From: Octopus sinensis
Taxonomy: Eukaryota
Assembly: GCF_006345805.1 (NCBI RefSeq)
Contig: NC_043003.1
Location: 104,346,001-104,410,000, forward strand
Direction of reading: 5' to 3'
DNA length: 64,000 nt
How positions within the stretch are numbered: position 1 is the stretch's first letter; every line of letters starts with the position of its first letter. The notes under the pieces were generated by a model that saw only the letters and a program-made list of their open reading frames with translations, did not search any database and had not been told where the DNA came from. Made by a program: the position numbers and the translations under genes. Below are positions 54,225 to 64,000 of the stretch, one piece after another.

Positions 54225-54612
54225 GGGGAATTATGTACATTATTTACATTTGACAGATATTCGTCCTCATTTTGTTTCTTGTTAACACAACGTTTCGGCT
54301 GATATACCCTCCAGCCTTCATCAGGTGTCTTGGGGAGATTTTGAACCTGGGTTCCTAAGGTATTTTTTGATGTTATTATTTTTCAGATCACTGCCTGGAA
54401 TTGAACTCGGAATCTTGGGGTTAGTAGTCCCTGTTCTTAACCATGGGCATATGGCATAGTGGTTAAGAGCACAGGCTACTAACACCAAGATTTCGAGTTC
54501 AATTCCAGGCAGTGACCTGAATAATAATAATAATAACATCGAAAAATACCTTAGGAATGAGAACCCAGGTTTGAAATTTCCCCAAGACACCTGATGAAGG
54601 CCAAAACGTTGA
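54225..54612. mobile_element. Palindromic element: two divergent tRNA-like heads, each followed by a (TAA)n spacer and a hammerhead-bearing tail
   Basis: 54312-54441 is the reverse complement of 54462-54602, apart from small indels. A-box-like TGGCATAGTGG and B-box GAGTTCAATTCC on +, with the mirror B-box on -. Confidence 0.75.
54284..54329 (-). ncRNA. Minimal type I hammerhead ribozyme motif of the Penelope-associated kind
   Basis: Minus strand reads GACAC-CUGAUGA-A-GGCUG(GAGGGUAUAU)CAGCC-GAAA-CG-UU/GUGUU: stem I GACAC:GUGUU, both core boxes, 5-bp stem II, palindromic AACGUU stem III. Folded by eye. Confidence 0.72.
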
Positions 54613-54778
54613 AGTTTCTAAATTCTTTTGACAAGTAAGAAAAAAATATTTGTACTAACTGTAATGTAGTCTTTCGTGTCAAGTCCAGTTCATATGATGA
54701 GGATATAACTGATTGTTGTTTTTTATTTTCAGAAACTAATCGTGATTTGGAGAATAAGGAATTCTTGTTTTTTTGCAG

Positions 54779-54945
54779 ATTAACTGGTGTTGAGTGTGGA
54801 AGTTCATTGGCTGATGTCCAGTCAACTAGCAAAGACCAAAATCAGTCTAACCCACCAGTGAGCTACGCTGCCAGTGTACACAGGTCTGAGCAGCAAGCTC
54901 TGGTCACTGCTGATGCAACTTCTGTACTCTCCGGCACACCACCAG
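54779..54945 (+). CDS. WIPI2: WIPI2 penultimate coding exon (RLTGVECGSS...PPVSYAASVHR...VLSGTPP), start of the disordered tail
   Basis: ttttgcag|A acceptor completes AG+A=Arg, giving QHRL as in WIPI2. Strong ccag|gtaagc donor, phase 1, in frame with the terminal exon. Confidence 0.85.
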
Positions 54946-57609
54946 GTAAGCTCTCGACCCACCTTACAAAGTGTCCAGCCGACCAAGACTGGGTCTCTGC
55001 TCCAACAACACAGTGGAGTGGAGCCACCGCTGCAGCTCACAAACATAGCTATGCTGCAGTTCTGAAGAAAGAAGGTGGGCCACAGTGTCTAACAGATGAT
55101 GGCAATGGGGAGGAGGATGTTGGTATTGATATGTTATTGTGTGAGGCGGCAGGTACTGTATAAAATATATTCCTTGTTCAAAAAGGCCATTCCTTTCACA
55201 TTGTATCCCTTGTTATTTAGTTAATTTCATTTTTTAGTCACTTTTATTTATTTATTTGTATCCAGTTTTGATGGTGGCGTGGTAGCCCCTTCACTGTTTG
55301 TGAATGATATTGTGCTCAATAATTGTTATAGTACCTTCAAAGCTACAGCGATAAGGGTTAGTAAGTTCATCTTTGCATAGTTGTAATCAAACACTTTTAA
55401 GTATCACTGCATGCCAGCTCACCTCATATCATTTATCGCCATTACACATCACTAGTTATTATGCATCTGACATCATTGTTTCTTTGTTGTTGTTGTTGTT
55501 TAAGAAAAGCTTTAAAATGCTACTTAAATCAAGAGCTTGAGATTAATATTTTAATGAGCACATAATGAAAAAGCTTCCAATATAAAAATAAATAGAAAAT
55601 GTCAGTGTTGGGAGCAACACCTTGATTTTTTTCAGTACTTTTTATTTCTTAATTTTTTTTTAGTAAATATATAGAATTATTCTAGATTTTTATTGCATGC
55701 TTCCCAAAGCTTTTGCTATGTTAAGTCTCTTACTTTGGTACCTTTTCTTTTCTATATGTTTTGTGTATTATGGACAATCAAAATATTGTATATGTATGTG
55801 TTCCTATGGTCAAAACTGATATCATCATCATCATCAATTATTATTGTTGTTATTATTATAAAGGTGACCAGCTGGCAGAACCATGAGCACACAGAGGGAC
55901 AGAATGCCACTGAGCATTTTTTTTATCTTTACATTCTGAGTTCAAATTTGTCTTTCATTCTTTCAGAGTCAATAAAAATAAGTACCAGTCAAATACTGGA
56001 ACCAGTGTAATTAACTTCCCCTCATCCCTCAGAAACTGCTAGACCTTTGCTAAAATTTAAAACTGTGAGAGAGCAGTTACTCATCATGACTACCCATCTG
56101 ATAAGGGTACACCAGGCACATGCATTACTACCATATGTGCGTGATATGGTGATGTCATATCAAGATAAACAGTGCATGACCTTGCAGGTGGGGACCAGTT
56201 AGCATTTTCTAAGATCCAGTAGCCCATCTTGCTCAAAAGGTCCCTGGATTAGGGTTGTTTGAGGATGTTGAATGAAACACCCATGTTTACATCATCATCG
56301 TCGTTTAACGTCCACTTTCCATGCTAGCATGGGTTGGATGTATGACTGAGGGCTGGCGAACCAGATGGCTGCACCAGGCTCCAATATTGATCTGGCAAAG
56401 TTTCTACAGCTTGATGCCCTTCCTAACGCCAACCACTCCGAGAGTGTAGTGGGTACTTTTACGTGCCACCGGCACGAGGCCAGTCGGGCGGTACTGGCAA
56501 TGACCTCACTCGAATTTTTTACTCATGCCACCGGCACAGGTGCCAGTGATGCTGGTAACGATCACAGTTATCTAATAGAAATTTCTGAAAGTCACATCTA
56601 GGTAAACTGATAAAACACTTAATTTTCCAAGTTGTCTTGCTTATTAAACTCTGTACTGCTTCGTAATGATAGTTTACATACACTTGTAACGCTTTAGTCA
56701 TGTGCGTATGCACAGCTATCGGTTTTCTTCGTCTTAGATCAGCAATTGTTATTTCCTATTTGCTTCTATCTAGAAATCAATGGAAGTAACTACTATTCCC
56801 TTCAAACTTTGCTTTTTTGATGTGAACATCAATATTTTGGAATTGACCTATTTTCCATTTCATTTCAGACGGATTCAGAGCTGAGTTGCCGAAGTAGAAA
56901 TATCGTTATTGCAAATATTCTGCTCAATACAACCATCAGAGCATGTTGCTTAGTGGCTGACAATATGTGTGCCTCTGATCATAGACATGTGTAGTGGAAG
57001 AGCAACATGGCCTTGTGTTGAGAGGGATTCTTTTGGGTTTGAATAAATGTAACAAAAGCAAAGTTTAAAGGAAATAGTCATTTTTCATAATTTCTGGTGG
57101 AAAGCAAATAGGGAATATCAATTGCTCCCCAAGAAAGAAAATCTTGTTACAGTGTTATTTAACGATGTGAAGAATGCGTCTAGTTCAGTATAGTAGGTCT
57201 GGCATAATTTATTAGTACAGTTGTAATAATTTCTCTCTATTTCAACTAGTTTTACAGACTACCTGCTGACTTCCTTAGGACTTGTATGATTTTAATAATC
57301 CTTAAATTAGTTTTGTATTAATCAATGGAAACAGAATAGGTGATATTTGGCTTCAATTTGAACTCTGATTTGTTGATTTAATGTTTTTTCTTCTTAATTT
57401 GCCTGTTAATGATGAAGATATATTTTTTCTGTATCTTTTGACTATTGTTTATAACTTGCTAGTTCATCTTCCAGCTGCTTTTTTCATTTGAAAATTTACT
57501 CAAAATTATTTCTATTGTTAGCATTTAAAAAAAAATTTTTTTTTTTTTTTAAATTTGATCTTTCATATTTCTTGTTGAATTTAAAGACCTTTTGTCTATT
57601 TATTTTCAG

Positions 57610-57728
57610 ACTCCCAGCCATACCAAGAACCAGATCAAGGGGCTGAAAGAACAGGAGACTGTCTGTCACAATATGTCGATACTTTACGCCTGCATGACGA
57701 CAGTGAATTTCCACCTGTCTCTAATTAA
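57610..57728 (+). CDS. WIPI2: WIPI2 terminal coding exon (DSQPYQEPDQGAERTGDCLSQYVDTLRLHDDSEFPPVSN*)
   Basis: ttttcag|AC acceptor, in frame with the phase-1 donor. LRLHDDSEFPPV matches the WIPI1/2 C-terminal LRLDEDSEHPPM / DDENEFPPI motif. TAA at 57726-57728. The ten exons total 1276 nt, about 424 aa. Confidence 0.92.
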
Positions 57729-60340
57729 ATCAGCTTTCACTATTTTTATTTAAATAAAGAAAAGAAAATTATATATATACATATATATAATTACTGTGGA
57801 ATTTCAAAATCTAAAAAAAAAAAGTACTTTGTTTTCCTTTAATTATTCTCAAAGGATAAATTGGAAAAGAAAACTTTATCACACTACTTTTTAAGCTGCT
57901 ATTACAAAAAAAAAAAGTTTGTTGTCCTCATGTAATATGTCCATCTCTTATAAGTCTTTTCCAGACATTCCACCCCGTCACAGAGCTTAAACCAGGTGGA
58001 AATGTAAATGTAAAGACGAAAGCTTAAGTACATTTAGTTTTATCTAGTATGTATTGAAGTGGATCAGTTCAAGAGCCAAGACATAAGAGGACTTCAGAAA
58101 CACCATGCATCTGCTGCTTTCACACAAATACTTTATTTTCAATGAGAAAGAGTCATTAAGCAACCTACAGCCCTATTATTATTATTATTAATTTTATTAT
58201 ACTGACAATAGACATGCAATGGTTAGCAACTACATGAAACTTGATAGCCACCTTGACAACTATGTACATAAAAAGTTCTCATTTTTTTATATTTAAAGAA
58301 ATATAAGTGAAGAAGAAAACCCATTATTTGGGACAGGGCTTTATATTCACTCTAACATTCAATGTCTTCAACTTAAACTCAGTCACTCCCCAACCACCAA
58401 CACCATGAATTAAACTTCTTTGTTTTTGAATTGAAAAAGGATGGGGTGGGGTTTCTTATTTAATTTGTTTGGGATCTTCTTTCTAATTAAACAAAAAAAC
58501 TGTTTACCAAAATTTGTTATTTGATTAATTGCTGTTGTAATTATTAGTGTTTTCCTTCATCTTTCATTGATTCACCACTTCAAGGTTATTGGCACTTGTT
58601 TGTCAAATCTAAATGCATTTCTTTGCATCTGAAGTGGGCATCTTTAATCATCCAGATGTTTCCAGAGACAGTTTTGTCTTTTGCAATATAATAAATGGTT
58701 AAAGACAGATCTTGGCAGTTTGGTCATCTAAAGGTGCCTCATCCCCACACCTTGAAAGTCAAGTTTAATGCTACTGTTTTTTTTTTATTTTACTGAAATA
58801 GGTGGGGTGGGGGCTACTGTTTTTGTTAAGTTTTTACACCTGCCCTGTTCTTTTATTTTTTTAAAACACTAAATATATTATTTAGATTTTTTAAAATTTA
58901 ATTTCCTTTTGTTATTGTTATTAATTTCTTCCAATATATATTTTTAATATTATGGAGAAATATATGTGTGTATATATATATATATATGTATGTATGTGTG
59001 TATATATATATATATATAGCATGTTCTTATAAAGTTCACTATTTCTGAATGTCTTTCCTAAAATTATTTGAAGAAAAAAAAGATGTCTTGTAAATTTCAG
59101 AACAAATCATTAATCACCGACAGCAAGAATGATATGAAAACAAATAAAGCCAAATGATTGATTATCCCTAATTGAAACTGTTGACACTCTTGTTTATCAC
59201 AGTTTTGTTTAAAATCATTTGGCCTATCCCTCTGATTACACAAATAAAATGGAATCTTCTTGCCTATACAATGTATGCTGTTTGTTCCTGTTTTTATTTT
59301 CTCTCTATTCTTTGTTGCTAAACATCTACAAACAAATGCTCAACCACCGGCTACTTACAGTTGAATTTTTTTTTGCCTTTATGTTATTTTTCTTTTACAT
59401 CTTTATTAAAAATGAAGAATGAAATAGCAAAAGAAAAAAAATGATTCTGCTAAAAACTGTATTACTTATTTCTTATGTAGTCAGCCATCATTGGTGTCTT
59501 TCTCTACTTTTTATCTCCTTTTCCCAACAAGTCGTAACGCGCCTGAGTATCGTATACAGTAAGCTCATTATTGTTTGGTAAAGACCAAAATTTACAGCCA
59601 AAAAGAAGGGTAGGTCAACTTATACCCTGAAATGACTTAGAACCAAAACCTCTATGTGAAATACAACAGGATTTGAAAAGATAGGGATGGTGTTTGAATG
59701 TTTACACTATGTACAGCCTGTACATTAGTGCTCTCTCTTTTCTGCACACTTTCTTATATAAAAATCTTTTTGACCAAATCAAGAACAGCTGAAAACAATA
59801 CAAAAGTAAAGATTTATTTCCAAATGATATTTTTGTCCCATTTTAAAACAGTTGGTTAGTTAAGATGGTATCTACATTATTCTTCTGGTCCTGGTATGAG
59901 ACATTCATTTGTATCCTTTTATATTGTGGGTTCAAAACCTGCTATGGCCAACTTCAAACATCATTTCTTCAGCATTGACAACTTCACCATACAACTGGTA
60001 CCCCTCTCCCATCACTTTCAACAGTGTGGCTTTGTGCCAATGCAAGAAAATAATTTAAAAACAAATTTTTCTTTTAATATTTTTTTTATTATATTATTGA
60101 TATTACACTAACTCTCTTGCAGGCATCATGGCCTGTTGCCCAGTCATGAACCACAGGAGTCCTCAACTGAAAGTGTTGGTGTTTCAGAGTTGAAAGATAG
60201 ATCTGTTTAGCATTGTTTTAGAAAGAAGGCCCTGTCAAAATAAACTGCAAACCTATTCATGCCACACTTTATATTTTCATGATTTTATCCTGAATCAACC
60301 ACCCTTCATCAAAATCTACTTTCCAATAGAAATGGGAGAT

Positions 60341-60457
60341 TTACATGGATTGGCCTTCAAGAGTTGCAATTCCATCCAACAAAAGCAGCGCTGCTGTATC
60401 CAACCTTCCTATAGAACACAGGCTTTCATATACATCTTGAATATATCCACCATGACA
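60341..60457 (-). CDS. Death-domain protein, terminal coding exon (CHGGYIQDVYESLCSIGRLDTAALLLLDGIATLEGQSM*)
   Basis: Minus-strand tttttcag|TGT acceptor, phase 0 matching the upstream donor. Supplies the L-x-x-I-G-R-x-D last helices of a death domain. TAA at 60343-60341. Not in the ORF track. Confidence 0.78.
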   Translation of the reverse strand, partial: CHGGYIQDVYESLCSIGRLDTAALLLLDGIATLEGQSM

Positions 60458-61818
60458 CTGAAAAATATTTAATTTTTAATTAATTACGGTACATTCAAAT
60501 TTAAACAGAGTACAATGCAATCACATTTTTGAAGCTAAAACTATCATTGTTTAATATCTCCTTTCCCATGTTTGCATGGATCAGACAATTTGTTGAGTTA
60601 GATTTTTCTGTGCTTGGATATTGTCTCTGTCACCAACCCTCACCTGTTTCCAAGCCAGATAACATTTTCCCCAGATCCAGACATTTTTTTCATGAAAGAT
60701 GGGAAACAAATATCACTTGTATAACTGTTGATCATTTACACTCGTCACATCATGTCAAGACAAAGGTACAATCATCATCATCATCATCATCGTTTAACGT
60801 CCGCTTTCCATGCTAGCATGGGTTGGACGATTTTGACTGAGGGCTGGCGAACCAGATGGCTGCACCAGACTCCAATCTAATCTGGCAGAGTTTCTACAGC
60901 TGGATGCCCTTCCTAAAGCCAACCACTTCGAGAGTGTAGTGGGTGCTTTTTATGTGCTACCGGCACGGGGGCCAGTCAGGCGGTACTGCCAATGACCCCA
61001 TTTTAATCTTTTTACACATGCCACCGGCACAGGTGCCAGTAAGGCGACGTTGGTTATAATCACGCTCGAATGGTGCCCTTTTTACGCTCGGATGGTGCTC
61101 TGGCACCCTACTAGCACAGGCACAAGTGCCAGTAAGGTGATGCTGGTAACAATCACACATATATATCACTGTGTTGACTAGACTATCAGACGTTATACAT
61201 CACTGGTCACAATGCTCTTCCTTGCACTGTTTTAGTCTTTAAATGATGCCACCCCACTGGCTAGGTGGGCAGACCAGTGTGTGTGCACATCTATATACAA
61301 TTGACTTCGCTCAATTTCTGCCTACCAAATTCTGTCAAAAGGTTTTGATTAACCTGCAGCTACAGTAAAGCGACTTGCCGAAGATCAAGACCTAATGCCT
61401 TTCAACCACACAGCCATACCCAACCCTAAGTATACACACAGTGCAATCTCACTTTTTGCAACTAAAAGCCAGCAATATAATAGACATGTTTATGTATTTT
61501 ATATCTTTAGGTTTAAATTTTGCACTGTAAGTAAAATATTTTTCGAATCTATATATGTGTATGGAGCAGAGGATTGGCAGAATTGATAGAGCATCAAGGA
61601 AAAATGCCTTCGGTTCTGAATTTTTACTTTCTGAGTTCAAATCTTCTGGGGTCAACTTTGCTTTTCATCTCTCTGGGACCAATAAAAAAGTACTAGTCAA
61701 CTACTAGGACTGAAAAAAATTAGACTAACCTCTTTCTTTTCAAAATTGGTATATTTGTGCCTAAATTACAAACATAAGGGTATATACATAAATTTTCTTT
61801 CACTATTAATGTACAGCA

Positions 61819-62159
61819 GTAAAAGTAAAGACCCCCTTCGGTCATGGATGACCATGGGATTGCACCTAGAAAGTTACCCTCCTAGACAAGTCCGGGCAAG
61901 ATTGTTTATGGAAGACCAGCAGTCGCCCATGCATACTGGCCTCCCCTCTCCACGCCACCAATGGTATCCAAGGGAAAGGCAAAGGGGCCGATACAGCTTG
62001 GCACCAGTGACGTCGCAACTCATTTCTACAGCTGAGTGAACTGGAGCAACGTGAAATAAAGTGCCTTGCTCGAGAACACAACACGCAGCCCGGTCCAGGA
62101 TTCGAGTTCACAACCTCACGATCGTAAGCTCAACGCTCTAACCACTGAGCCATGCGCCT
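61819..62159 (-). mobile_element. tRNA-derived SINE family D
   Basis: Reverse complement of 62661-63003. Confidence 0.9.
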
Positions 62160-62660
62160 TCACAGTAGTTACATCAGTAACCCTATAATTTTAAAATGTA
62201 ATCTTTAAAAATTAAAAATGATCGTTTTTAACCCTCTAGCATTTAAATTACTGTCAAATGTAATGCCTACATCTTCACAATGTTTTGAACTGATCATGCT
62301 TTATCCTGTAGCTTTCAGATTTTGATGTGTTTGTTTATTTTTCAAATGACACTCTAGGGTAGGTACAAGAGGCAGGAACTGGCCAGTTTAAGCAGAAAAA
62401 CAGGTAGAATATTTAAATGCTAAAAATTTAAACACTATTAAATAACCACACATCACCAGAGTGCTAACAGAATTAATAGTGTCAGATGTATTTACTATGC
62501 ATACAGTATATCACAACTGCAATCAATGAAATATATAAATTAGTTGTTAGATGTTTTGGGACTGCTGCCTTTGGTATCTTTATTTTCAAAGGTTTGCTGT
62601 TTAGACCCTTATAATTCTCTATAATATATATGTATTATATAGAATTATATATATTATATA

Positions 62661-63003
62661 AGGCGCATGGCTCAGTGGTTAGAGCGTCGAGCTTACGATC
62701 GTGAGGTTGTGAGCTCGAATCCCGGACCGGGCTGCGTGTTGTGTTTTTGAGCAAGGCACTTTATTTCACGTTGCTCCAGTTCACTCAACTGTAGAAATGA
62801 GTTGCGACGTCACAGGTGCCAAGCTGTATCGGCCTTTGTCTTTCCCTTGGATAACACTGGTGGCGTGGAGAGGGGAGGCCGGTATGCATGGGCGACTGCT
62901 GGTCTTCCATAAACAACCTTGCCCGGACTTGTGTCTAGGAGGGTAACTTTCTAGCTGCAATCCCATGGTCATTCATGACCGAAGGGGGTCTTTACCCTTT
63001 ACC
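62661..63003 (+). mobile_element. tRNA-derived SINE family D
   Basis: A box TGGCTCAGTGG, B-box-like GAGCTCGAATCC, tail GGGGGTCTTTACCCTTTACC. Confidence 0.9.
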
Positions 63004-63034
63004 ATTTATATATATTATATAATTCTATATTTAC

Positions 63035-63447
63035 TCTTTCTCTTTTACTTGTTTCAGTCATATGACTGCGGCCATGCTGGAGCACCGCCTTTAATCAAGC
63101 AACTTGACCCCGGGACTTATTCTTTGTAAGCCCAGTACTTATTCTATCGGTCTCTTTTGCCGAACCGCTAAGTAACGGGGACATAAACACACCAGCATCG
63201 GTTGTCAAGCAATGCTAGGGGGACAAACACAGACACACAAACACACATGCATACATATATATATATATATATATACATATATACGATGGGCTTCTTTCAG
63301 TTTCCGTCTACCAAATCCACTCACAAGGCTTTGGTTGGCCCGAGGCTATAGTAGAAGACACTTGCCCAAGGTGCCATGCAGTTGGACTGAACCCGGAACC
63401 ATGTGATTGGTAAACAAGCTACTTAGCACACAGCCACTCCTGCACCT
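63035..63447 (-). mobile_element. SINE family A, full length
   Basis: Reverse complement of family A, in the last intron of the death-domain gene. Confidence 0.9.
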
Positions 63448-63610
63448 ATATATATATATATAATTATATAAAATTATATGTTTATACCCTTATAATTCTA
63501 AACATATATTTAGATCTCATTAATAATATAGTGATTAATGAGATGTAAATATATGTTTGCCCTAATTCCCAACTGGAAAGACAGTGAAAAAGAAAGAATA
63601 ATGTCTGTAC

Positions 63611-63783
63611 TTCAAAGATATCCAGAATAGCTTTTGTTGGACTATCAAAATGGGAAGCTTCATCAATTATGTAGAGCAGATCAAGATGTAGAGCAAGGTC
63701 CCTCCAGTTCATCTTCAAATCTTCATAGTCTAACATGGAAGCTAACTCTGTCCGTGTCTCTTCTGACATTTTGTGCATATCTC
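63611..63783 (-). CDS. Death-domain protein (UNC5/netrin-receptor-like), penultimate coding exon; gene continues beyond the window
   Basis: Minus-strand ttttag|GAG acceptor (NAGNAG) and GAA|gtacag donor. Encodes MSEETRTELASMLDYEDLKMNWRDLALHLDL...DSPTKAILDIFE, the W-x-x-LA...SPT-x-x-ILD death-domain pattern typical of UNC5. Confidence 0.75.
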
Positions 63784-64000
63784 CTAAAATGATCAGGGAA
63801 AATTTGAAATAATATTGAAAAACGATATGGAAGATTCAAAAGAAATATAAAGAAGAAAATATGCAAATATTATTAAAATATAAATTATGAATTTTATAGT
63901 ATTTTTTTTTTTTAACATAGCATCTTGAACAAATGATAAAGTTATAAATAATAGTACGGCGGCGAGCTGGCAGAAACGTTAGCACTCCGGGCGAAATGCG

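Noticed and set aside
54747-55163. 138-aa ORF as a standalone gene
   Set aside because: Its first part is intronic, and the rest is the penultimate WIPI2 exon plus its extension.
56870-56910. Alternative terminal exon after ttttcag at about 56877 (DGFRAELPK*)
   Set aside because: Lies in what looks like an old dispersed repeat and has no homology support; the conserved terminal exon is at 57610.
62661-62735. tRNA gene
   Set aside because: No proper acceptor stem, and it continues into a SINE body. All tRNA-like sequences in the window are SINE heads.

Overview
Eukaryotic, AT-rich, repeat-dense animal DNA. The SINE and LINE repertoire looks like an octopus (coleoid cephalopod) genome; that assignment is an inference from recall. 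Most of the window is one + strand autophagy gene, a WIPI2/ATG18-family PROPPIN. Ten coding exons run from 3248 to 57728 with GT-AG sites and consistent phases, and the FRRG lipid-binding motif is intact. Its first coding exon appears to lie upstream of the window. The last two coding exons of a convergent - strand gene (63783-63611 and 60457-60341) encode an UNC5-like death domain. Introns hold tRNA-derived SINEs of at least four families, RTE, CR1, Tx1/L1 and Penelope-like LINE fragments, Tc1/mariner elements (one nearly intact DD34D mariner) and MITEs. Most unusual observations: (1) a palindromic element with two back-to-back tRNA-like heads, each followed by a Penelope-type minimal hammerhead ribozyme motif, intact only antisense to the host gene; (2) a full-length U6 snRNA copy fused to a SINE head; (3) an in-frame 207-nt extension of the penultimate WIPI2 exon; (4) a 44-nt 3' end shared by one SINE family and a Tx1/L1-type LINE; (5) several long fold-back structures that are candidate dsRNA/ADAR substrates. 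No computation or database search was run. Repeat boundaries are approximate unless a TSD or TIR is quoted.
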